64,000 nt of DNA, taken from positions 57,090 to 121,089 of IMG/VR virus record IMGVR_UViG_3300024999_000048. One strand, 5' to 3'. Shown here piece after piece: positions 49,820 to 58,672 of this stretch (the stretch's first letter is position 1; every line of letters begins with the position of its first letter). Both the position numbers and the translations under genes were made by a program. Origin of the DNA: a virus. Under the pieces are notes generated by a model that was not told where the DNA came from, ran no database searches, and saw only the letters and a list, made by a program, of their open reading frames with translations.

Positions 49820-50590
49820 ATGAATTTAATGGGATTTTTCAGTAATTTATTTAAAAAAGCAGAGGATACAAAACCAATTCCAGTGCAAGTTGAAATTCCA
49901 ACTAATATTATCAAACCACAAGTAGATCAGGTTAAGAAACTAGATTTAAGGAAAGAAATATTTAAAATTTCATTAGAGAAAAAATCACTTCAACATGTAA
50001 CTGCAAGAGTAGCTTTAGTAATTGATAAATCTGGCTCCATGGAAGATTTATATAGAAATGGAACAGTTCAATCAGTAGTAGAAAGAATACTCCCTATAGG
50101 ACTAAAATTTGACGTAGATGATACATTGGATGTTTGGGTATTCAACAACAATTGTAAAAGAGCAAAATCAGTTACAGAAAATACATTCCACAATTATGTT
50201 GACCATGAAATTGTAAAGTATTCATGGGGAGGCACAAGTTATGCTCCTGTAATCAATGATATTATGAAAAAGTATGTTGTTGAAGACCCATCAAATATTC
50301 CAACATTCGTAATTTTTATTACAGATGGAGAAAATAATGATCGTATAGAAGCAGAAAAAGCAATTATCAAAGCATCAAATTACAATATCTTTTGGCAGTT
50401 TATCGGAATTGGACATGAGGATTTTAAATTCCTTAAGAAATTAGACAAAATGGAAGGTAGATTAATTGACAATGCTAATTTCTTTGAAATAAAAAATATT
50501 AATGAAATTATTGATGAAAAACTTTATGATTTATTGCTTTCAGAATATCCATCTTGGGAGAAGTTAGCAAAGATTAATGGATTGATCTAA
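49820..50590 (+). CDS. vWA domain protein (TerF-associated type)
   Basis: VALVIDKSGSM MIDAS, GGTSYAP, FITDG, IFWQFIGIG, IDNANFF. Confidence 0.8.
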   Translation: MNLMGFFSNLFKKAEDTKPIPVQVEIPTNIIKPQVDQVKKLDLRKEIFKISLEKKSLQHVTARVALVIDKSGSMEDLYRNGTVQSVVERILPIGLKFDVDDTLDVWVFNNNCKRAKSVTENTFHNYVDHEIVKYSWGGTSYAPVINDIMKKYVVEDPSNIPTFVIFITDGENNDRIEAEKAIIKASNYNIFWQFIGIGHEDFKFLKKLDKMEGRLIDNANFFEIKNINEIIDEKLYDLLLSEYPSWEKLAKINGLI

Positions 50591-50634
50591 ACTATATTAA
50601 CACCATAAATAAAAATATAAAGGAGTATGATAAA

Positions 50635-51213
50635 ATGTCATCAATCAATTTAATTAAAGGTCAAAAGTTAGATTTAACAAAAGGCGTATCCTTAAAAAAC
50701 ATTAAAGTAGCTCTAGGATGGGATGCTCAAGCAAATAATGGAGATGAATTTGATTTAGATGCTTCAGTGTTTTGTTGCAATGAAAAAGGAAAAAGCATTA
50801 ATGATACTGACTTTATTTTCTATAAGAATTTATCTCATCCTTCAGGAGCAATTATACATACTGGTGATGATTTAACAGGTGAGAAAGACGGAGATGATGA
50901 AGTAATTATTGTTAATCTTTATGAAATTCCTCCTAGTATTAGTATTCTTGATTTTGTGGTAACAATTTATGATGCTGAAGATCGTAGGCAAAACTTTGGT
51001 CAAGTAAATAATGCCTATGTTAGATTGCTTGACATGGACAAGAATGACAAAGAATTGCTTAGATTTGACTTAGGAGAAGATTTTAGTTTAGAGACAGGAG
51101 TTTCGGTTTGTAAAATTTATCGTAAAGATAAGGAATGGAAATTTGAAGCAGTGGGCGCAGGTTATAATAATGGTCTTTTTGGTTTTGTTAAAGATCATGG
51201 ATTGGATGCGTGA
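50635..51213 (+). CDS. terD: TerD-family stress protein
   Basis: LGWD, FDLDAS, HTGDDLTG..DGDDE, QNFGQV, WKFEAVG. Confidence 0.9.
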   Translation: MSSINLIKGQKLDLTKGVSLKNIKVALGWDAQANNGDEFDLDASVFCCNEKGKSINDTDFIFYKNLSHPSGAIIHTGDDLTGEKDGDDEVIIVNLYEIPPSISILDFVVTIYDAEDRRQNFGQVNNAYVRLLDMDKNDKELLRFDLGEDFSLETGVSVCKIYRKDKEWKFEAVGAGYNNGLFGFVKDHGLDA

Positions 51214-51947
51214 TTAATATGAATGAATTTATAAATAATATTCTTATCAATCTACATCATTTCAATCTTACAGAATTAAAAATGGTATTCCAAAGTCCTG
51301 CTGATATATTTCTGATTCTTTCCTTAGTTATTATGGAGGTTATTTTATCAATTGATAATGCTCTGGTGTTGGCGATCATGGTGAAAAATCTTCCGAAGAA
51401 ACAACAAAAATTGGCGTTAACTTTGGGTATTGCTGGTGCTTATACATTTAGGTTGATAGCAATCGTTTTAGGAGTATATTTAGTTAAGATTGCTTGGATT
51501 AAATTAGTTGCTTCATTGTATCTTGCTTACATAGTGTTTAATTTCTTTAGGAATAGGGATGAAAATCACGATGAAATTAATGACACTTTACAAAAAGGTT
51601 TACTTGCAACAATCGTATCAGTAGAACTAGCAGATATTGCTTTTAGTATTGATTCAGTAGTTGCAGCATTCGGAGTATCAGATATACCTTGGGTAATATT
51701 AATTGGTGGAATGGTTGGAATATTATGCATGAGAGAAGTAGCACAAGTATTTGTTAAATTAATTGAGCGTGTTCCAGAATTAAACTATACTGCTCATATT
51801 TTGATCGGTATTGTAGCATTGAAAATGTTTGCTGGCGTATTTGGTTTTGAAGCCCCTGATTGGTTATTTCTAAGTACGCTATTTACTACTTTTATTGGAA
51901 CATTTGTAGTTCATAAATTTAGAAAATCTTCTATAGGGGTGTCATAA
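51210..51947 (+). CDS. terC: TerC-family membrane protein
   Basis: EVILSIDNALVLA, VELADIAFSIDSVVAA, GILCMR. Confidence 0.9.
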   Translation: MINMNEFINNILINLHHFNLTELKMVFQSPADIFLILSLVIMEVILSIDNALVLAIMVKNLPKKQQKLALTLGIAGAYTFRLIAIVLGVYLVKIAWIKLVASLYLAYIVFNFFRNRDENHDEINDTLQKGLLATIVSVELADIAFSIDSVVAAFGVSDIPWVILIGGMVGILCMREVAQVFVKLIERVPELNYTAHILIGIVALKMFAGVFGFEAPDWLFLSTLFTTFIGTFVVHKFRKSSIGVS

Positions 51948-52154
51948 ATGATACACAAACTTAAAACAATCTTCTTAATTATGTTGGGAGTAATGTTAAC
52001 ATTCTTAGCAATAAAATTGGCATTCTTTTTAGTACCCATATTTATTAAAGCAACAATTACATTAGTGATTATTTTGTGTATAGGTGGAATGCTTGGAATA
52101 GGTTATTTAATCAATAGATTGAGAAAGGTTATGTTTAGGCGTGAGAAGGATTAA
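51948..52154 (+). CDS. Small two-TM protein
   Basis: Two hydrophobic segments, basic C-terminus. Confidence 0.55.
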   Translation: MIHKLKTIFLIMLGVMLTFLAIKLAFFLVPIFIKATITLVIILCIGGMLGIGYLINRLRKVMFRREKD

Positions 52155-52243
52155 TGAAATGGATTTAAGGATGTGATGATAACTTGCTTGTAGTTTAACA
52201 TTATACATATAAGAATATCTTTCAGAAAATATAAAAATACAAC

Positions 52244-52576
52244 ATGAGAAGAAAGAAGGAAATAAATATGTTTAATAAATTAATTGAAATGATAATGTCA
52301 AATCCTAAATTAGCTAAACCAATGGTGAGTGAGTTAGTAGATCAATACAAACCTTTGTTATATGGAGTTGCTGAAGAACTATTTAATATGTACAAAGATT
52401 ATGCGAATAATACAGAATATTTTGCTACTACTGCAATTGCTAAAAAGAATCAATTTGATGCTTATGTTAATGTAGGATTTTCAGATGAGCAATCTATGAG
52501 TTTAGTGTTAAATGATGCTAAGAAATTAGAAGATAGGTTAAATAAATTATCTTCTGGTGCTAAATCGAAGAAATAA
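52244..52576 (+). CDS. Hypothetical protein
   Basis: Likely start at MFNKL after AAGGA. Confidence 0.6.
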   Translation: MRRKKEINMFNKLIEMIMSNPKLAKPMVSELVDQYKPLLYGVAEELFNMYKDYANNTEYFATTAIAKKNQFDAYVNVGFSDEQSMSLVLNDAKKLEDRLNKLSSGAKSKK

Positions 52577-52588
52577 TAGTTATGATGG

Positions 52589-52609
52589 TGGGGGAGTTAA
52601 TTCTCCCCA
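52589..52609 (+). terminator. GC-rich hairpin
   Basis: TGGGGGAG-TTAAT-TCTCCCCA. Confidence 0.55.
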
Positions 52610-52644
52610 TATTAAAAATATTAATTTTTTGGAGGTGATATTTA

Positions 52645-52866
52645 ATTAAAATTGAATTTAAAAATGGAAGTACAATAGAATGTTTTGAATCAACTGCTAA
52701 TAGTAGAGGATATAGGAGTACATTAATAAGTTTTTATTGTTTACAATGTCAAACTGTCCATGAAGATTATCCAATATCTAATATTATGTCTATTAGTGAA
52801 TCATTTGAAATATGTAAAGAAAGTTATGAAAATATACTTAAAACATATTTAAATGAAAAAAATTAG
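52645..52866 (+). CDS. 73-aa protein with probable ATT start (not in ORF track)
   Basis: GGAGGTG RBS; IKIEFKNGSTIECFESTANSRGYRST...CLQC. Confidence 0.5.
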   Translation: MKIEFKNGSTIECFESTANSRGYRSTLISFYCLQCQTVHEDYPISNIMSISESFEICKESYENILKTYLNEKN

Positions 52867-53090
52867 AAAGGAGAATAAATATGAACTTAAAGAAGGTTCA
52901 GGCAACTAAAAGTGGAGTCATACATATCGCATATCTAAAGTCTAACATGAGTTTATGTTTACAGTATGTTGGTGAAGATATTCAAAATATTCAAGATAAG
53001 AACGTTACTTGTAAAAGATGTATAAAGGCATATGCTAAAATAGAAAACAAATAACTCAAAGAACATTTATTTGAAAGGAGAGAATAAGCA

Positions 53091-53402
53091 ATGTTAAATT
53101 TAACTCAAGTAGTAGTTATTAATCAAGAAACATTAAATGAATTAATCAATGAAGGTGAATGTACGTCAATTGACGATGTAAATTTTAGTGATGCTCAATT
53201 CGGAGATTACGCACAAACTGCTCTAATTGATGAAGATCAAAAATATGTCATATATTGGAATGATAACATTCATGGGAATCCTGACGATTTTATGGATGGG
53301 TTTTCGAGTGCTCTGCAACATTTGGATATTGAATATTCATTAGAAGAGGAAGTTAAATTGGAAAATGATATGAAAGAGTATAAAGGAGTTACATATCGAT
53401 AA
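53091..53402 (+). CDS. Acidic hypothetical protein
   Basis: AAAGGAG RBS. Confidence 0.6.
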   Translation: MLNLTQVVVINQETLNELINEGECTSIDDVNFSDAQFGDYAQTALIDEDQKYVIYWNDNIHGNPDDFMDGFSSALQHLDIEYSLEEEVKLENDMKEYKGVTYR

Positions 53403-53627
53403 CTTGAAAGGATATTTTTATGTGATAATAAGGGAGGAATTTAATTGACAATGATCCATTGCAGAAACTCAGATTGTAAATATTATTGGGAGGATTCTTG
53501 TACAATTGCTTTAGAAAGCAGAAAATTAATTACACTCGATGAGGACGGTAAAATGCGAATCTCAAGAAGATGGAATTAGTGACTGGTATAAAGATGAATA
53601 AAAGTTATTAAATACTAAAATAAAATA

Positions 53628-53683
53628 TTGACATATGGTTGTGAAAATGCTATAATTAATATGTGGTTAAGAAATAAATAATT
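53628..53683 (+). promoter_or_regulatory. SigA promoter with leader motif shared with 56832
   Basis: TTGACA, 17 nt, TG-n-TATAAT; GGTTAAGAAATAAATAATT at 53665. Confidence 0.7.
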
Positions 53684-53707
53684 AAGAATCGAGGTGATTA
53701 CATATAA

Positions 53708-54271
53708 TTGAGTTTCAATAGACCAAAGAATGAAACCGAAACACATTTTCTATTAAAAGAAATATCTAAATACATATTGTTTGGTTGGGGTTATAAAATG
53801 TTAGCCACTGAGGTAGGTGGCATGTGGGACTTGGATATTGGCAAAAAGAGAAAAGAAATAATTGATTGTGTAGGAATTAAAAAGGTTAGAATAGCACCAA
53901 GAAAATACCATTATGACATGAATGGTATAGAGGCTAAAGCAAGTCTGAGTGATTATAAGAATGGGTTCTGCTGCGCTCCTGCATTTAGTTACATAATCTG
54001 TCCAGTAAATACTATTCCTTTAGACATTCTACCTGATACAATTGGCTGTATAGAGGTTGACCTTGATATTTTCGAATTAAAGAAATACTCACAGAAAATA
54101 TCGGACATGAAAGGCGTTTCTTTGGTAATGAAAGCAAGAAAGAGAATTGATTCAAGATTTAAGTCAGAAGAAAAGTATAGAAAATGGTGTGCAGATAGTT
54201 TGGAGAGAATTGCTTATAGAAGTAGTAGTGAATTGTTATTTTGGAGGAATTTTATTGAGTTTATTAAATAA
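53708..54271 (+). CDS. PD-(D/E)XK-fold (MmcB-like) nuclease-like protein
   Basis: ATEV, IDCVG, IEAKASLSDY, YIICP. Confidence 0.55.
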   Translation: MSFNRPKNETETHFLLKEISKYILFGWGYKMLATEVGGMWDLDIGKKRKEIIDCVGIKKVRIAPRKYHYDMNGIEAKASLSDYKNGFCCAPAFSYIICPVNTIPLDILPDTIGCIEVDLDIFELKKYSQKISDMKGVSLVMKARKRIDSRFKSEEKYRKWCADSLERIAYRSSSELLFWRNFIEFIK

Positions 54272-54303
54272 GAAAATAAATATAGGAAAGTAGGGATTAT
54301 TAA

Positions 54304-54651
54304 ATGAAAGTTGGAGATAAAGTATTAATTGTTGACAATCTAGAAGAACTCATGGAAAAATATGATATTGCTGATGAAATGCTAGAATATGCTGGAAAGG
54401 AAACTACTGTTATAGAGTTAGGAGATCATTATTGCTATTTAGATATTGACGAAGGACTTTGGTCGTGGGAATATATTTTGCTCAAGCCAATTGAAAATAA
54501 AATTGAAGAAGCGATTAAATTACTTCACGAAAATGGATATGTAGTAAAGAAAATGACTAAAGAAATGCAAGAAGACGCAGACAAATGTGAAGAACAAGGT
54601 TATAAAGGAGATTGCATGGGTTGTTCTTGTAGTGTTTGTTTGATGCAATAG
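54304..54651 (+). CDS. Hypothetical protein
   Basis: MKVGDKV start; Cys-rich end. Confidence 0.6.
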   Translation: MKVGDKVLIVDNLEELMEKYDIADEMLEYAGKETTVIELGDHYCYLDIDEGLWSWEYILLKPIENKIEEAIKLLHENGYVVKKMTKEMQEDADKCEEQGYKGDCMGCSCSVCLMQ

Positions 54652-54674
54652 AGTTGTAAGGTTTTTAAAAGGAG

Positions 54675-54863
54675 GTGATATTATTGCAAAAACTAGTATT
54701 TCTAAAAGATTATTACACATTTAACAAAGATACATACAGAATAATTATGAAAGAAGATTCTGAGTATTATTATATTCAAAATGATTTGCATAATGGTAAT
54801 GAATTGTTCAAGTTTCACAAGAGTAATAATGGTGTGTTGTTTAGAGTAGTGGAGAGGAGTTAA
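54675..54863 (+). CDS. Hypothetical protein
   Basis: AAAGGAGG RBS. Confidence 0.5.
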   Translation: MILLQKLVFLKDYYTFNKDTYRIIMKEDSEYYYIQNDLHNGNELFKFHKSNNGVLFRVVERS

Positions 54864-54912
54864 AATATTAACTTATATAAAATAAATTATAAATGAAAGA
54901 GGTAATGTTAAA

Positions 54913-55200
54913 ATGAAGAAATTATTTAAAAAGAATGTCGTAGTAACAACTTTAACACCTTCTATGATGATTGAAAAAGCAGTAGGAGTAGTTGATAATG
55001 CAGTATCTATGTTTAAGCAAGCAGTTCAAGAAATTGACAAAGCAAACGAGATGCTAAATCAATCTAAAATTCAGAGTCAAGAAAAAATTCATGCGTTAGA
55101 ATTAGAGCTGGTCAATACACAGCAGGTTAAAAATGAAGCAGAAGCAAAAATTAATACACATTTGGAATTAAGAGAGAAATTGAGTCAATTTGCTCAGTAA
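54913..55200 (+). CDS. Coiled-coil protein
   Basis: Heptad pattern. Confidence 0.6.
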   Translation: MKKLFKKNVVVTTLTPSMMIEKAVGVVDNAVSMFKQAVQEIDKANEMLNQSKIQSQEKIHALELELVNTQQVKNEAEAKINTHLELREKLSQFAQ

Positions 55201-55229
55201 GAATTTATTATAGAAAGGAGTTAGATAAA

Positions 55230-55940
55230 TTGAAAAGAGAACATGTTATTGTGGGAATGAAGGTAACTCCTCATTCAAAAAGTTATTGTGGAAATTTAGA
55301 TGGTAGTATCGAGTGGAAGTATGCACAGAGTGAAAACCAACCATATTTATTCGTATCAGAGATTTGTTCTCATTATATCGTTTTAGAATCCACAGAAAGA
55401 TCAAATAAAGGTGATTTTTTCTTACCAGAAGATTTTGAACCATACATAGAAAATGAAGTAAACGCAAATCAAGAGAATAATAATGAAAGTAGGAATGTTA
55501 AAATGAAGAAATTTGATTTAAATAGTTCTATGTTGTTTAAAATGAGAAATGGAGTTCTATTCGCTTTATTGAATGACCTTGAAGGTGATTTTATCTTCTA
55601 TGATAAAATTGATATAGCGGAAGGATACAGTGGTGATGGAATATCATTAGATGATTATAACGAAGAATTAACTCCAGAAAATGATGATTGGGACATTGTA
55701 GCTATTAAACAACGTAATGGTTGCGTAAGAGTTATTTCTGATGTTTTAGGAGATAATGAACCAGAAGAATGGGATTGGGTAGAAGAAGTTGAGAAAGATG
55801 AAGAAAATGTAAAAGAATCTAAAACTCCCATTATTAATAATATTACAATCAATTTAACTCTAGATTCCAATGATGATCCTGCACATTTTCTGAAACAATT
55901 AAATGATGCTCTTGAGAAAATTAAGAAAGAAGGAAAATAA
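55230..55940 (+). CDS. Hypothetical protein
   Basis: AAAGGAG RBS. Confidence 0.6.
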   Translation: MKREHVIVGMKVTPHSKSYCGNLDGSIEWKYAQSENQPYLFVSEICSHYIVLESTERSNKGDFFLPEDFEPYIENEVNANQENNNESRNVKMKKFDLNSSMLFKMRNGVLFALLNDLEGDFIFYDKIDIAEGYSGDGISLDDYNEELTPENDDWDIVAIKQRNGCVRVISDVLGDNEPEEWDWVEEVEKDEENVKESKTPIINNITINLTLDSNDDPAHFLKQLNDALEKIKKEGK

Positions 55941-55941
55941 T

Positions 55942-56565
55942 ATGAAAAACAATTTAACTGAAATCGTCTTTATCTTAGATCGTTCTGGTTCTATGGATTC
56001 TCTAGTCGCTGATACAATTGGAGGTTTTAACTCATTTATTGAAACTCAAAAGCAAGAATATGGAGAGGCATTATTAACTACAATTCTATTTGATGACCAA
56101 TATGAAATTCTACACAATGGAATAGATATTAAAACAGTGAAACCAATGACTACTAAGGAATATTCAGCTAGAGGTATGACTGCTTTATTAGATGCTATTG
56201 GAAAAACAATTAATACTGTAGGAGATAGACTTAATAAATTGAACGAAGACAATAGACCAAGTAAAGTAATCTTTGTTATTACTACTGATGGTCAAGAAAA
56301 TCAGAGTAAAGAATTTAATCGAAAGCAAATTAAAGAAATGATTGAACATCAAACTAATACATATAATTGGCAATTCTTATTCTTGGGGGCAAATATTGAT
56401 GCTGTAGGAACTGCTCAGAGTTTTGGTATTAGTGGACAATTTGCTTCAAATTATACTGCTAATAGTATTGGTACGGATTCTTTGTATACTAGTTTAAGTA
56501 AGTCAGTATGTAATTATCGAAGTGTAGGAGCTATGGATACTAGTTGGAAAGATGATATTAAATAA
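55942..56565 (+). CDS. vWA domain protein
   Basis: IVFILDRSGSM, GMTALLDAIG, ITTDGQEN, WQFLFLGANIDA. Confidence 0.85.
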   Translation: MKNNLTEIVFILDRSGSMDSLVADTIGGFNSFIETQKQEYGEALLTTILFDDQYEILHNGIDIKTVKPMTTKEYSARGMTALLDAIGKTINTVGDRLNKLNEDNRPSKVIFVITTDGQENQSKEFNRKQIKEMIEHQTNTYNWQFLFLGANIDAVGTAQSFGISGQFASNYTANSIGTDSLYTSLSKSVCNYRSVGAMDTSWKDDIK

Positions 56566-56647
56566 CCTCAAGAAATTTTCGTTTTATAGGTTTATGCTTA
56601 AAATGACCAAAAACTCTAATTCTCATAAAAATGGTTAAAATAGTCCT

Positions 56648-56670
56648 GAAACTGTTGTGACAGTAGGGTT
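56648..56670. repeat. 23-bp dispersed element, copy 3
   Basis: GAAACTGTTGTGACAGTAGGGTT; 20/23 identical to the reverse complement of 1364-1386. Confidence 0.6.
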
Positions 56671-56767
56671 TGCGGTCATTAAATAGGTATAAATAATTAT
56701 GTTATATATTACATCCTATGAAAGTGAGATTTCGAAGGATTATGGAGAAAATGAAGATGTGAAATAT

Positions 56768-56850
56768 TTTTATAAATTATAAAATAAATACATTTGACAT
56801 CAGTATGAGTAGTATGGTATAATGATTAAGAGGTTAAGAAATAAATAATT
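56768..56850 (+). promoter_or_regulatory. SigA promoter of the replication block with conserved AT box and leader motif
   Basis: TTTTATAAATTATAAAATAAATAC, TTGACA (56794), 18 nt, TG-n-TATAAT (56818), GGTTAAGAAATAAATAATT (56832). Confidence 0.75.
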
Positions 56851-56874
56851 TATTAAGAAGAAAGGAGTAAATAG

Positions 56875-57450
56875 TTGGATAGATTAGATATATTCAAAAC
56901 AGAACTATCATACATATTAAATCCTAAAATTAAAGAGTTTACAGAGAAAACATTAAATACTTTACCAGAATACTTTTTCTCAATTCCTGCATCATCTTCA
57001 GGAAAATATCACCCAAATTATGCTTTAGGAGAAGGAGGTTTGGTTAGACATACCCAATCAGCAGTAAGAATCGCAGTAGAAATGTTTAGGTTGGATATTT
57101 TTAAATACACAGAAGATGATAAAGATATAATTGTTTCATCTTTAATATTACACGATAGTTATAAATCAGGTATAGAAAATAGTTCTCATACAGTCACAGA
57201 ACATCCTTTAATTGCTGCAAAAATGATTAGGTCTAATACAGAAATAAATAGTTGTATAGATGAAAATGTATTAAATATGATTGTTGACAATATTGAGTCG
57301 CATATGGGGCAATTCATATTTGATTACAAAACTAAAAAAGAAGTTTTACCAAGACCAAAAAGTAAAATACAACATTTTGTACATTGGTGTGATTATTTGG
57401 CTAGTAGAAAGTGCCTAGAATTTAATTTTGATGTAAAAGTTATACGATAA
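56875..57450 (+). CDS. HD-domain phosphohydrolase
   Basis: PASSSGKYHP, GGLVRHT, ILHD, SHMG, HWCDYLASR. Confidence 0.8.
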   Translation: MDRLDIFKTELSYILNPKIKEFTEKTLNTLPEYFFSIPASSSGKYHPNYALGEGGLVRHTQSAVRIAVEMFRLDIFKYTEDDKDIIVSSLILHDSYKSGIENSSHTVTEHPLIAAKMIRSNTEINSCIDENVLNMIVDNIESHMGQFIFDYKTKKEVLPRPKSKIQHFVHWCDYLASRKCLEFNFDVKVIR

Positions 57451-57680
57451 TAAAAAATAAAGGAGTAGAAAAATATAGGAACTAGAATTACTAATATCAA
57501 TGCGGTATATAAATACAATCTTAGTGTAGATATTTTATTTAAGGAGGTGTTAGTATAAAAAACAAAAGAAAGTATAGAGTCCCTATTAAACGCGGATTAA
57601 GTCCACCTTCTTTCAATATATTTTCAAACTACTTGTGTTCTAAATAATAAAATAAAAATATTGAAAGAAGGAATTAAACA

Positions 57681-58586
57681 ATGACTGAAAACAATGCAAA
57701 TACACTACTTAGAGAAGCTGAAAACAAGGTGATTATCGAAGGAACAGTATCAGAAATCAATATTGAAGTAAAGCAAGTACAAGGCAAGGAAGCTATAACC
57801 GGAGAGGTCGTTATTCAAACAGAGGAAAACTCAATTCATACGGTTGATGTTTTCGCTTATAAATTGAAAAAAGATGGAAACGATAATTCAGTATTCAAGG
57901 GATTGACAACAATAATGGATGAGTACAAATCCATTGCAAAGGTAGGCAAAGAAGAAGCTGATAAAGTAAGAATTACTGGAGCAAAATTAGTGGTAAACGA
58001 TTATTACAATCCTGCTGGTGAGTTAAAGTCTTCTATTAAAATTAATACAAACTTTGTTAATAGGTTAAAACCTGGAGAAGAGTTTGAACCAAAAGCTGAG
58101 TTTGAGGTGGAAGTATTCATACATAAGATTAATGATGAAATAGATAAAAAAACTGGTGATTTAACAGGAAGAAAAATCATTAGTGGATTAGTTCCAATTT
58201 ACGATGGAAAAGTTGTTCCAATGGAGTTTATCGTAGCAGACAAAGAATATATTGATGCTGTAGACTCTATGTATGAAGCAGGTCAAACAATTAAAATTTT
58301 TGGCGACTTAATTAATACAGTATTTACAAATAAAAAAGTGACTGCGGTTGCAATTGGGAAACCAAAAGAAACTACAACTACTATTACAACAAGAGAAATG
58401 ATATTTACTGGTGGCACAGAGCCGTATATCGAAGACAGTCCCTTGTTGTTTAGTGTAGAGACTATCAAAAATGCAATGACCGTAAGAGCAGAGCATCTTG
58501 AAGAGTTAAAAAATAAAAAACCTAGTAGTTCTGGTGCAAAGACTGCATCTTCCACTCCCAAAAGTGGCAAAGATTTACCATTTTAA
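57681..58586 (+). CDS. Single-stranded DNA-binding protein, double OB (YorF-like)
   Basis: NKVIIEG, AEFEVE, flexible tail ending DLPF. Confidence 0.7.
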   Translation: MTENNANTLLREAENKVIIEGTVSEINIEVKQVQGKEAITGEVVIQTEENSIHTVDVFAYKLKKDGNDNSVFKGLTTIMDEYKSIAKVGKEEADKVRITGAKLVVNDYYNPAGELKSSIKINTNFVNRLKPGEEFEPKAEFEVEVFIHKINDEIDKKTGDLTGRKIISGLVPIYDGKVVPMEFIVADKEYIDAVDSMYEAGQTIKIFGDLINTVFTNKKVTAVAIGKPKETTTTITTREMIFTGGTEPYIEDSPLLFSVETIKNAMTVRAEHLEELKNKKPSSSGAKTASSTPKSGKDLPF

Positions 58587-58624
58587 AAGTTAAAAAATTG
58601 AATTAATTAGTGAATAAGATAATA

Positions 58625-58648
58625 AGGATAGGTGATGTCACCTATCCT
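58625..58648. terminator. Near-perfect palindrome between SSB and AAA genes
   Basis: AGGATAGGTGA-TG-TCACCTATCCT. Confidence 0.5.
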
Positions 58649-58672
58649 CCAAATTGAAAGGAGATTATTATA

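Noticed and set aside
57451-57680. Replication origin or ncRNA upstream of the SSB gene
   Set aside because: No iterons, DnaA boxes or convincing structure were visible by eye.
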